The translations under genes were made by a program, and so were the position numbers. This document shows, piece after piece, positions 1-8,545 of a DNA stretch of 37,221 nt. The notes under the pieces were generated by a model that made no database searches, had not been told where the DNA came from, and worked only from the letters and a program-made list of their open reading frames with translations. Numbering within the stretch: position 1 is the stretch's first letter; the number at the start of each line of letters is the position of its first letter. The stretch lies in the IMG/VR virus record IMGVR_UViG_3300029305_011681. One strand, given 5' to 3'. The DNA comes from a virus.

Positions 1-258
1 TTATCCTGCGATTTGTAGATATTTAGATAGTAATTGAATCATCTTTTCGTCTTTTACATCTCTTATATATCTTTTATCGTCTTTTTTTATTTCTTCGATA
101 ATTCTGAATTCTTCTTCGATATTTGCTAAATCTTCACTTACTCTTACTACAAAGAAATAGTTTGTTTCTTTATAAATTGCTTGATTTAATATTATATATT
201 TTTTTCCGTCTGTTAATGTCATTATTTTATTTATTCTATTTTCCATATTTACCTCCAA
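1..258 (-). CDS. hypothetical protein (85 aa), probably flanking host gene
   Basis: ORF 1..258, immediately downstream of the 792-aa ORF in the same direction; no family recognised. Confidence 0.6.
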   Translation of the reverse strand: MEVNMENRINKIMTLTDGKKYIILNQAIYKETNYFFVVRVSEDLANIEEEFRIIEEIKKDDKRYIRDVKDEKMIQLLSKYLQIAG

Positions 259-260
259 TT

Positions 261-2639
261 TTATTTACTTTTTCCTGTCATTTCTAATTTTGTACTTCCT
301 ATTGTTTGGTCTTCATTTAAATATGTAGTGGTTATTTCATATCCATCTTCCATGTATTTTTCTGCTTGGGAAATATTTATTTTTATGTGTTCATTGTCTT
401 TTACAGCATATAGTGCTCCTACTTCGGCATTTTCCCAAGATGTTATATTATTGTTTACTTTAAGACCATTTTCTTCATTTGCAGCATCGAATACACTGGC
501 GTATACTATTGCATCACTTCCTTTTTCTTGGATTTTCTCTAATGCTTCTTGTTGGGCTTCTTTAATTTGTTCTTCAATAGTTATACTTGGTTCTTCTAAA
601 CCTATATCTTCGTATGATGCTACTTCTTCGTAATTTTCTTCTTCCATATTTTCATCATCTACTGTAATTACATCATCGTTGTTGTTAACTACTTCATGTG
701 ATGATGTTGTTAGGGTAGCTGCTGACATAGTTACTAATATTGCTATACTTGCTAAAGCTTTTTTTGCTTTTTTGATAAACTCTTTATCTTTTATTTTTTG
801 AATTAAAGTTTTTGGAGCATCTTCATAGTTTTCTACAGTTTCTTCTTTTTGCTCTTCTTCTTTTTTTACTTCTTTTGTTTTTAAGAATTTACTGATTTCT
901 TCTAATGCTACTTCTTTAATATCTTCTATAGTAATTTTATCAGAACTTTTTTTTGTTTGTTCAAAACTTTGCAAATTGGTTTCAACTTCTTTTAATTCTT
1001 TTTTTGTTTTTTCTAATTTAATAGTATCTATATAATCTTCTTGAGACTTTTCTTCAAGGTGCTTTAAATCAAAGTTGTTTTGCATTATTCTTTCTCTTAT
1101 AATTCCTAGTTTGGCATTTAATTTATTTATGCTTTGTTTTGGTTTGTTTTCTTTGATTTGATTTATTTGTGTTTCTAAATTTTTGATTTGTTGTTTTGTT
1201 TTGTTTATTATTTCTTTTTGTGTTTCTATTTCAGCTTCTGGAATAGCGCCAAGTACTATTGCACGTTCCATATCGCCTACTGCATTGTTCATATTTTTTA
1301 GTGTACTTTTTAGAGTTGGAATTTTTGCTAACAATGCATGATTGTTTAGTTGTTCTTCTAATTGTTGTTGTTCTTCTAAAGCTTTTTCTGTGTCTTTCTT
1401 CAACATTTCTTTTAATTTATTGTCTTCTTCGAATTCTTCTTTTTTCAAAAATTCAGTTTCGTTATCTAATTGTTGAAGTAGGTTTTGTTGTTTTTCTTTT
1501 GCTTCTTCTATTTTTTTGTCCAAAGCTGAGGTTTTTCTTTCCTTTAAGTTAAACTTATCTTCAATTTCTTTAGTTTCTATGTTCTTAGTTAGAATATATA
1601 ATTGTTCCTCTATTTGAGAATATGGTGCATTAGAGTTTATCATATTTCTGATAACTTTACATTTTTTTTGATTTTTTTCTAATTCAAGTTCTTGTTTGAT
1701 TTTAGATATTTGAGTATTAATAGTTTTTACTTCTGGCATGTTTTCTATTGGTAAATCTATTTTTTCTTTTTTCTTCAATTTTTGTTGAACTTCTTCTAGG
1801 GTTGTTCCATACTTTCTGCTAACTTCTTCTAAATTAGTTCTAATGTAGTTCTTTTTTTCTTGCTCTTGTAATTCGATTTGCTGTTGATAATGTTGAATCA
1901 AATCCTGAATTGGTTCCATTTCTTCTTTCATGTATTCAATATATTCTGTATATGCCTCAACTGACCATTTTCTGTACTCAATCTCTTTTTTTATTAAATT
2001 TATCTCTTGTTGATTTGAATGTTCACTTTTTAAAAGTTCCTCTAATTTTTCTTCTGCTTCTTTTAATATTTTTTCCTCTTTTTCTAGATTTTCTTGTTGA
2101 TTTTTTACATCTTGTTCATCTTCTTTAATCAATTCTGATAAAACTTGTATTTTTCTTTGATGTTTTTCTATTATTGAATTTGAAAGATTTTTTTTCAAAT
2201 CATTTTTCTTATATGTATCTTGATAGTCTTTATCACATTCACTTATTTTGTTTGCTCTTATTGTTTCTTTTTCTTGTTCTAATTTTTTTAGTTTATTTTC
2301 TAATTCTTCTATTCTTTCAGTATTTAGAGATACTATATGTGTTTCTAATTCTGATAAGTATTGTTCTATTTCTTCTGAGATACTTTTTTCTTGGTCATAG
2401 TCAAAATTGTATTCTTTTTCTTCTTTAGTACCTGTGACATTTTTCTCTGCTATATATCTAGCATGTATTTTATCAAAAAGATTTTCTTCTACTTTATCAA
2501 ATTCTCTAGATGTTAGTTTTACTCCATCATTAAATACAAGCTCGTATATTGGTCCTTCGTTTTTTATTTCTAGTATCGCTCTTTCTATAAAGTCTTCTAT
2601 TTTTTCATTAGTATCTTGTTTTAATTCTTTTAAAGCCAT
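261..2639 (-). CDS. large coiled-coil protein with one C-terminal-proximal transmembrane segment; unknown function, probable host flank
   Basis: 792-aa ORF; long E/K/Q-rich heptad-like region, then hydrophobic segment ALASIAILVTMSAATLT and an acidic C-terminal part; RBS-like AGGAGG upstream. Confidence 0.8.
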   Translation of the reverse strand: MALKELKQDTNEKIEDFIERAILEIKNEGPIYELVFNDGVKLTSREFDKVEENLFDKIHARYIAEKNVTGTKEEKEYNFDYDQEKSISEEIEQYLSELETHIVSLNTERIEELENKLKKLEQEKETIRANKISECDKDYQDTYKKNDLKKNLSNSIIEKHQRKIQVLSELIKEDEQDVKNQQENLEKEEKILKEAEEKLEELLKSEHSNQQEINLIKKEIEYRKWSVEAYTEYIEYMKEEMEPIQDLIQHYQQQIELQEQEKKNYIRTNLEEVSRKYGTTLEEVQQKLKKKEKIDLPIENMPEVKTINTQISKIKQELELEKNQKKCKVIRNMINSNAPYSQIEEQLYILTKNIETKEIEDKFNLKERKTSALDKKIEEAKEKQQNLLQQLDNETEFLKKEEFEEDNKLKEMLKKDTEKALEEQQQLEEQLNNHALLAKIPTLKSTLKNMNNAVGDMERAIVLGAIPEAEIETQKEIINKTKQQIKNLETQINQIKENKPKQSINKLNAKLGIIRERIMQNNFDLKHLEEKSQEDYIDTIKLEKTKKELKEVETNLQSFEQTKKSSDKITIEDIKEVALEEISKFLKTKEVKKEEEQKEETVENYEDAPKTLIQKIKDKEFIKKAKKALASIAILVTMSAATLTTSSHEVVNNNDDVITVDDENMEEENYEEVASYEDIGLEEPSITIEEQIKEAQQEALEKIQEKGSDAIVYASVFDAANEENGLKVNNNITSWENAEVGALYAVKDNEHIKINISQAEKYMEDGYEITTTYLNEDQTIGSTKLEMTGKSK

Positions 2640-2874
2640 ATAATGAACACCTCCTAGTATTATATTTGAATTTTACCAAATTTTAGTTAAAAAGTCCACC
2701 CATTTTGGAAGAAAAAATAAAAAAAGAAAAAGACTACTTTGAATAATAGCCTTTATAAACAAAAAAAATCCTTGGCAACTACCCAATATCCTATCCTTAT
2801 TATATAGGGGTTTGTGGAGATTTTGGGTGCTACGTGGTAGTTACTCATAGCTTCCTATAGAGAGTGAGGGAACT

Positions 2875-3183
2875 ATGAAAACAAAAAGAAGCAAGGCTAC
2901 TGATATATCTATGTCAGTAAAAAAACGTGTATGGGAGCGTGATAATGGATGTTGTGTTATATGCGGTAATAATTATAATGTTATGCCTAACGCTCATTAT
3001 ATATCACGTCGTAAAGGAGGTTTAGGTATAGAAGAAAATATTTTTACAGCTTGCACTAGATTAACTGAAAACGACTGTCATTATAAGTTTGACGAGTACG
3101 GTATTGGTAGAGATAAAGTAAAAGCATATCTTCAAGATCAATACCCAAACTGGGACGAAAACAATTTATATTATAAAAAATAA
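2875..3183 (+). CDS. HNH endonuclease
   Basis: 102 aa with CxxC (CCVICG), NAHYISRRKGG and ENIFTAC...NDCH motifs typical of HNH proteins. Confidence 0.8.
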   Translation: MKTKRSKATDISMSVKKRVWERDNGCCVICGNNYNVMPNAHYISRRKGGLGIEENIFTACTRLTENDCHYKFDEYGIGRDKVKAYLQDQYPNWDENNLYYKK

Positions 3184-3188
3184 AAAAT

Positions 3189-3213
3189 AGCCTATTATTA
3201 GGCTTTATTTTTT
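3189..3213. terminator. Rho-independent, probably bidirectional terminator between convergent genes
   Basis: AGCCTA-TTAT-TAGGCT stem-loop followed by TTATTTTTT, with A-rich sequence on the other side. Confidence 0.65.
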
Positions 3214-3455
3214 GGTTTAGAATAATACATAATTTCTTGTAAATCACAGTCTAGGATATAACATAGTTTAGCTAAGATGTCTTTATCAAACCTAACAACT
3301 GTTCCGCTCATATAACGTTCTACTACTTGGTGATGTAAACCAGTTTTCTTAACTATTTGATTTTTAGTTAAGTTTTTCTTTTTCATTATTCTTTTAATGT
3401 CGTATACAATTTCTCCATAATCAATATACGTAATTATACTGTCAGCTTTTTTCAT
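3198..3455 (-). CDS. XRE/Cro-type helix-turn-helix regulator
   Basis: ATG at 3455 (MKKADSIITYIDYGEIVYDIKRIMKKKNLTKNQIVKKTGLHHQVVERYMSG...) preceded by GAGGG; the track ORF to 3590 looks over-extended. Confidence 0.75.
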   Translation of the reverse strand: MKKADSIITYIDYGEIVYDIKRIMKKKNLTKNQIVKKTGLHHQVVERYMSGTVVRFDKDILAKLCYILDCDLQEIMYYSKPKNKA

Positions 3456-3498
3456 TGTATAACACCCTCTTTTTTCAAATATAATGTTATCATTTATT

Positions 3499-3521
3499 CG
3501 GCTCGAAAAAGAGCCGTTTTT
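3499..3521 (+). terminator. stem-loop with T tract
   Basis: CGGCTC-GAAAAA-GAGCCG-TTTTT on the + strand, in the leader of the minus-strand HTH gene. Confidence 0.45.
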
Positions 3522-3637
3522 GTATACCGAATGAATAAGCACTTTTTTAACGAAAACATTAAGAATTGTGTTATAATTAAAGCGTACCAAGAAATATTTT
3601 CTTGTTTTATTACTATATTCGAGAGGAGGTTTTATAA

Positions 3638-3919
3638 ATGTTTGAAGAAAAAGTTTTTAATGACGTGGCTATGATATTTTTAAGTGGTATTATTACCCTT
3701 TCTTCAGCTATATTATTAACCGTTGTATGGCAATTTAATTATGAGGTTGGGTTTTCACTATGTAATTTCCTTAATATTCCACCGGGAGTAGCTTTATGTT
3801 CTGTAACTGTTGGGTTTGATTATAGTGTTGCTATGTTATTGACTATAGGGGAAATTGCTATTATATGTTGGTTATTTCCATTTTTTGAAAAGTTCGTTTA
3901 TAAATATATTTTAAATTAA
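3638..3919 (+). CDS. small integral membrane protein (candidate moron / lysogenic conversion gene)
   Basis: 93 aa, at least two hydrophobic segments; RBS GAGAGGAGG upstream; opposite strand to the lysis genes. Confidence 0.65.
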   Translation: MFEEKVFNDVAMIFLSGIITLSSAILLTVVWQFNYEVGFSLCNFLNIPPGVALCSVTVGFDYSVAMLLTIGEIAIICWLFPFFEKFVYKYILN

Positions 3920-3920
3920 A

Positions 3921-3957
3921 AAAGAGCCTAGTCGCATTAAACGACTAAGCTCTTTTT
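3921..3957. terminator. bidirectional terminator between the membrane protein gene and the endolysin
   Basis: GAGCcTAGTCG-CATTAAA-CGACTAaGCTC stem, with A-run before and TTTTT after. Confidence 0.8.
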
Positions 3958-3958
3958 A

Positions 3959-4666
3959 TTATTCTACAAAACCATATTTTTTTAAACTTGCGAGAGTGAT
4001 AACTCCAACACATCCGTCTACCTCAGCGTTATAATTACCCTCAGCTTTGGCACGTCTTTGAAACTCTTTAATACTAGCTTGGATATATTGACCGTAATAA
4101 TTGCCTAAAGCTCGTTTATCAGTATATTTAGGAAATGTTTTATACATAAACTCGGCTATCTTTCCTATATTTTCGTGATTATCTCCAAAACTAAAGTATC
4201 CTTTGGATCCAAAAAAAGATTTAGATGTGCTATTTGTTGTGGTACTTACATATATTTTTGGTCTAAGTACTCCAATAATTCCGTCATAAGTTACGGAGCA
4301 TAAATTGGTTTCTCTAGTTCCATTTTGATTTTGTCCTAAGAAAATACCATAAGTACTATTTTTCTTTTCCCAAAACATAGCTACGTGAGATTTTGGAGCT
4401 GATTTACAATTTCCCCATATTACCCAGTCTCCTTGTTTAATATCTTTTAAGTCTACTACATCATAATACTTTAAAGCTCCATTATTAGCTCTATTTTCAA
4501 AAATGGACTTAGCGTATCCACTTGGTCTACAGTTAATATAAGTATCATTTACTATTTTGTTAAAATAATTAAAAAAGTCTACACACTGTATACCATAAGC
4601 ACCGTCAACATCAAAACCCTTACCTATTGTTTGATTATAGAAATCTTTTTGACTAATATATTTCAT
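3959..4666 (-). CDS. endolysin (CHAP-like amidase/peptidase plus C-terminal peptidoglycan-binding-like domain)
   Basis: GIQCVDFFNYF and HVAMFW motifs of CHAP domains; C-terminal IKEFQRRAKAEG...DGCVGVITLASLKKYG repeat-like domain; adjacent to holin. Confidence 0.8.
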   Translation of the reverse strand: MKYISQKDFYNQTIGKGFDVDGAYGIQCVDFFNYFNKIVNDTYINCRPSGYAKSIFENRANNGALKYYDVVDLKDIKQGDWVIWGNCKSAPKSHVAMFWEKKNSTYGIFLGQNQNGTRETNLCSVTYDGIIGVLRPKIYVSTTTNSTSKSFFGSKGYFSFGDNHENIGKIAEFMYKTFPKYTDKRALGNYYGQYIQASIKEFQRRAKAEGNYNAEVDGCVGVITLASLKKYGFVE

Positions 4667-4696
4667 AATTTCCTCCTTAATTTAAAAAACGACCCT

Positions 4697-5092
4697 TTAT
4701 TTAGGATCGTTTTCAGTTTTTAATTGTTCTAATACCTCTTTTAACTTTTTTGGTAGAGGTACTCCCATACTACCAAGATTTTCTAAAATAGATATACCGT
4801 CATTAGCAATAAAAAAGTAAATAACCATAGTACGGATAGCTCCAGTATCTCCAGCTAATTTATCCATAACAACGGATAAAGCTACAACTACAAGATAACC
4901 GAACTTTTTGATTATTCCCCATAGTCCTACTTTGCTATTTAGTTTTTTCTTTTTAATTGCTTTTAGTACGCCAGTTATATAATCTAAAACCATAACTAAC
5001 GATAAAGTTTGAATAGCTGTATCCCAACCACCCAAAAAGTACGCTATTCCAGTTAATAGCGTACCAGTTATAAAATTAACTGTATTTTTCAT
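4697..5092 (-). CDS. phage holin (TcdE/holin_4-like)
   Basis: 131 aa, LVMVLDYITGVLKAIKKKKLNSKVGLWGIIKK, multiple TM segments, next to endolysin. Confidence 0.85.
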   Translation of the reverse strand: MKNTVNFITGTLLTGIAYFLGGWDTAIQTLSLVMVLDYITGVLKAIKKKKLNSKVGLWGIIKKFGYLVVVALSVVMDKLAGDTGAIRTMVIYFFIANDGISILENLGSMGVPLPKKLKEVLEQLKTENDPK

Positions 5093-5105
5093 TTTATCCT
5101 CCTTT

Positions 5106-5627
5106 TTATCCTAATACTTCCACAATAATAAAAGCGGTTGTATTAGCTGTAATATTAGCACTAGCATATCCACATAATTGTATATAATCATTTTCTTGTA
5201 CCGCTAATAATTTGCTATAACTAATCATATATTGAGAGGGATGTTCTTTTGGGATAGCACTATGGCTATCCCATTGAATATACCCGTTATGTGTTAAAGC
5301 AAAATAATATGTCATATCAGTTGGTGCGTCCCAGTCAAGTCTAATATTATATGTTACTTTTACATAATTAACATTTTTTCCTATATGTACTAAATGGTTA
5401 TTTTCGTCTATCGATATATAAGTATCGCTACCCGGTATTCCAGTATTGAAATAAATAGGTAATGGTAATATATCGGTAGTATACGTATGACCGTATGATA
5501 TATAACCTACCATAGTTTTACCGACTTTCAAAAAATTATTTAATACATTATTTAATTGTTCTTTATTATGTACCACACTTGTACTATCTAAATAATTATT
5601 ATTTTTTAGTTTTATACTTTGAGCCAT
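5106..5627 (-). CDS. tail/receptor-binding-like protein with short N-terminal tag and possible jelly-roll C-terminus
   Basis: N-terminus MAQSIKLKNNNYLDS resembles those of the next two genes; beta-rich C-terminus NDYIQLCGYASANITANTTAFIIVEVLG. Confidence 0.5.
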   Translation of the reverse strand: MAQSIKLKNNNYLDSTSVVHNKEQLNNVLNNFLKVGKTMVGYISYGHTYTTDILPLPIYFNTGIPGSDTYISIDENNHLVHIGKNVNYVKVTYNIRLDWDAPTDMTYYFALTHNGYIQWDSHSAIPKEHPSQYMISYSKLLAVQENDYIQLCGYASANITANTTAFIIVEVLG

Positions 5628-5642
5628 ATATCGGCTTATTAT

Positions 5643-6122
5643 TTAAGCTGTACGACACCATATATAACACGTAAAGTATGGTGGTATATTACTAGTACTA
5701 CCAGTGTTACCGTGGTTATGTGGTTGTCCTCCACCGGTTGCACCAGTATAAGCCCAATATTCTTTATTACCACCAGTGTATCTCGGCCAACCTATCTCAG
5801 TACTACCGGTATCCGGAGTACCTCCAGTTATAAATGGCGAGTTATGTACGTGAGATGGTATTTGTGCTTCTGTTAGAGTACAATTACCAGTAGTATGAAT
5901 ATGAGTTTTACTACCTCCAGTTTTCTTTACTGTATTAAAATTAGCGTCGTTAGTATCCACACCTACTAAAGTACGACCTTGAGCTATTAACTCCCAAGTT
6001 CCACCAAACCATTTACTAGGGTTAGTATTTATTACACTTAAAAAAATACTACCAACTGGGTAGTAAGGATGTGGATAATAATTTTCATTATTAACATCTT
6101 TTAATTGAATACTTTTACTCAT
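5643..6122 (-). CDS. tail-tip/baseplate collar-like protein
   Basis: YPVGSIFLSV...FGGTWELIAQGRTLVGVD and C-terminal PHNHGNTGSTSNIPPYFTCYIWCRTA. Confidence 0.7.
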   Translation of the reverse strand: MSKSIQLKDVNNENYYPHPYYPVGSIFLSVINTNPSKWFGGTWELIAQGRTLVGVDTNDANFNTVKKTGGSKTHIHTTGNCTLTEAQIPSHVHNSPFITGGTPDTGSTEIGWPRYTGGNKEYWAYTGATGGGQPHNHGNTGSTSNIPPYFTCYIWCRTA

Positions 6123-6133
6123 TTTATTTTAAT

Positions 6134-6604
6134 TTAAGCTGTACGTTTCCATATATAAACCGCTAAAAACGGTGGCATATTATTATGATATTGATTTCCA
6201 CCAGTTGCTCCCGTTCCTATTTGTGTAGCATAACCACCGTTATTATCGTAAAACGGAAATGAGTAACCGTCAGCTCCTCCTCCGTTATGTACGTATATTT
6301 GTTTATCACAAAATATTCCTACGTGGCTATGATAAGCTAGCTCGTCAATAGTTAATCTATGGGCGAACTCCCCACCGGTTGCACCTAGACCATAAAATCT
6401 AGTGTCTCCAGCGTCGTCAGTAGTACTACCAACACCTAGAAGAAATCGACCCTCTATTTGTTCCCAAGTACCACCAAAAAACTCACTTGGGTTTATATTG
6501 TTAACGGACATATATATTGAGCCTACTGGATAGTAAGGACAAGGGTAAACTAAGTTACCGTTCGTATCTTTCATTTTAATAGCCTTACTACCCATATAGA
6601 CCAC
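6134..6604 (-). CDS. tail-tip/baseplate collar-like protein, paralogue of the preceding one
   Basis: YPVGSIYMSVNNINPSEFFGGTWEQIEGRFLLGVG...NNMPPFLAVYIWKRTA; alternative ATG (MGSKAIKMKD) at 6595. Confidence 0.7.
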   Translation of the reverse strand: MVYMGSKAIKMKDTNGNLVYPCPYYPVGSIYMSVNNINPSEFFGGTWEQIEGRFLLGVGSTTDDAGDTRFYGLGATGGEFAHRLTIDELAYHSHVGIFCDKQIYVHNGGGADGYSFPFYDNNGGYATQIGTGATGGNQYHNNMPPFLAVYIWKRTA

Positions 6605-6654
6605 CGCTTAAATTATTACCTCCTTTACAAGAGGTATACAAAAAGGAGATATGC

Positions 6655-6828
6655 TTAAATAATAAGCACACCTCCTCTCGCACGTATGTATGTATGTATG
6701 TATGTATGTATGTATGTATGTATGTATGTATGTATGTATGTATGTATGTATGTATGTATGTATGTATGTATGTATGTATGTATAAGGCTACGATACTGAC
6801 GTATCGTTGTCAATAGTTTTTTTAACAT
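6655..6828 (-). CDS. small ORF containing (IHTY)8, encoded by the microsatellite
   Basis: ATG at 6828 preceded by AAAGGAGGTAAAA; the track ORF uses an upstream GTG at 6846; 57 aa MLKKLLTTIRQYRSL(IHTY)8IRARGGVLII. Confidence 0.5.
   Translation of the reverse strand: MLKKLLTTIRQYRSLIHTYIHTYIHTYIHTYIHTYIHTYIHTYIHTYIRARGGVLII
6684..6783. repeat. perfect tetranucleotide microsatellite (GTAT)25, 100 bp
   Basis: Direct reading of the sequence; period 4 without interruption from 6684 to 6783. Confidence 0.98.
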
Positions 6829-6839
6829 TTTTACCTCCT

Positions 6840-8534
6840 TTACCACTCTTCAATAACGTCATACATTATTATCTCTTGACCGTTGATGTAACAAGCCTTT
6901 TTATTACTACTTATGAAGAATATAGCTTGACCTACACTAACCGGTACAGTCTCAGTATTATCGCTTAAATTATCAATAGCTTTAATTTCAAACTCAAACG
7001 ACTTAGTATTATCTAAAGATAAGATAACATCACTACAAGTAAAGTTACCCTCTTCTACTGTAGTAGCTAGATTTATCCAACTACTCCAAGTACCCCCAGT
7101 TTCACGATACCTATACTGTACTTTGGTAACGACATTTTTGTCGGTACCGTCTATGGTAACTCTACTATAAGTACCAGCTACTTTTATAGTTGTTTGGGCT
7201 TCAAAGTTATTAAGCCTCGTTACGCTAGCGTTAATTACTGGTTTATCATAATCATAAACCATAATATCTTTATAAGCTAAAGTTGAATTATTACGACTAT
7301 CGTAAGCTCTAATATTTAATCTTTTACTACCACTTGCGTTTATTGTACCTAGACTTGCTACTAAATCACTATCACTATATACAACCGTTTTACTAATACT
7401 ATCTATAGACATAATATAGTTTTTAGAGGTTGCATATTTATTAGCTACCATTTTGTTAGCCGAGTTAATAGATATTTGTAGATTAGATAAACCTTTAACT
7501 AATACTTGATCGTTACCGGTAACAGCTGTAACTATAGTATTACTGTCCTTATATGTAAAATTATTAAATGTAGGAGTACATTTACTTAAATCTAAAGTAT
7601 ATGTATTACCACTATTTCTAGTTCTAACAACACTACCATAAGTAACTTGTACTTGATAATTACCGCTTGTATCATTTGGTAAACTTTTATACTGATTATC
7701 TACACTACCACTATCATTAAAACCAGTAACACTAGTACCACCCGTTGAGCCACTAAATATAGTAGAGCCGTCAGCTCCTATTCCAGTAATACCAATTACT
7801 CTACCAAGTGGGTTATAAAACGATAAAGTTAGAGCATTACCAACCGTAAAATTAGGCGAACTGGTACAGTAAGGATAATCATAAGTACTTTGAGTATACG
7901 TACCACTATCAGTAGTTAATTGGCTATCAGTACGTCGTACTCTTAATTTAAAATTATAAGATGTATTAGCCGATAACCCACTTATTACGTTATTAGCCGG
8001 TAAATTACTCCAACTAGCCCCATTATCTTTAGAGTACCACGCATAATCAATATTAGCGTCGACACCATAATTAAATAAAACACTGGTCTCGTCTCTTTTA
8101 CTAACAGTAAAACTAGTGATATTAACGTATCTCGGTATGGTAGTTAAATCTACCTCTCCGTATAAATAACATCTACCGGGATCATACGAACTATACGACG
8201 TTGTTTTTTCCAAATATGCTTCTATACCTATTCTTTTAGTACCGTCAGCATTATGAGGTATTGATCCAGTAACAGTCATTACTAGTATAGCTTCTCCATA
8301 TCCAACGGTTGTGGTATTGATATTATTACCAGTTGAGTTATAACACTCAGTACCGTCAACTTTTAAATATTTCTTCCAGTTGTTAGAATTACACCTCATA
8401 TTACCATTTTGTAAGTATATATCTAATTGAAAATTAGTTTTATTCGTAGTTATGTAGTCAGCTGGGATAGTTTCCGTAAATATACCATAAAAACTATAAC
8501 CATTTTTTCCTACACTACCGTCTATTCTAGCCAT
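6840..8534 (-). CDS. phage minor structural/tail protein (DUF859-like, fibronectin-like repeats)
   Basis: 564 aa MARIDGSVGKNGYSFYGIFTE..., IPHNADGTK motif, position in tail module. Confidence 0.65.
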   Translation of the reverse strand: MARIDGSVGKNGYSFYGIFTETIPADYITTNKTNFQLDIYLQNGNMRCNSNNWKKYLKVDGTECYNSTGNNINTTTVGYGEAILVMTVTGSIPHNADGTKRIGIEAYLEKTTSYSSYDPGRCYLYGEVDLTTIPRYVNITSFTVSKRDETSVLFNYGVDANIDYAWYSKDNGASWSNLPANNVISGLSANTSYNFKLRVRRTDSQLTTDSGTYTQSTYDYPYCTSSPNFTVGNALTLSFYNPLGRVIGITGIGADGSTIFSGSTGGTSVTGFNDSGSVDNQYKSLPNDTSGNYQVQVTYGSVVRTRNSGNTYTLDLSKCTPTFNNFTYKDSNTIVTAVTGNDQVLVKGLSNLQISINSANKMVANKYATSKNYIMSIDSISKTVVYSDSDLVASLGTINASGSKRLNIRAYDSRNNSTLAYKDIMVYDYDKPVINASVTRLNNFEAQTTIKVAGTYSRVTIDGTDKNVVTKVQYRYRETGGTWSSWINLATTVEEGNFTCSDVILSLDNTKSFEFEIKAIDNLSDNTETVPVSVGQAIFFISSNKKACYINGQEIIMYDVIEEW

Positions 8535-8545
8535 AAATCAACCTC

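Noticed and set aside
328-2643. Plus-strand ORFs rich in Phe/Leu/Ser opposite the coiled-coil gene
   Set aside because: Their composition is what antisense translation of Glu/Lys-rich codons gives, with no initiation signals.
3456-3590. N-terminal extension of the HTH protein up to 3590
   Set aside because: ATG at 3455 has a good RBS (GAGGG). The upstream portion overlaps a terminator hairpin and does not look like protein.
6684-6783. CRISPR-like or assembly-artefact repeat
   Set aside because: There are no spacers, the unit is 4 bp and the tract is perfect. An assembly error in copy number cannot be excluded, but it would not create the tract itself.
5106-8534. Diversity-generating retroelement targeting tail fibres
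   Set aside because: No reverse transcriptase or template/variable repeat pair was seen in the window. The C-type-lectin-like target signature is also absent.
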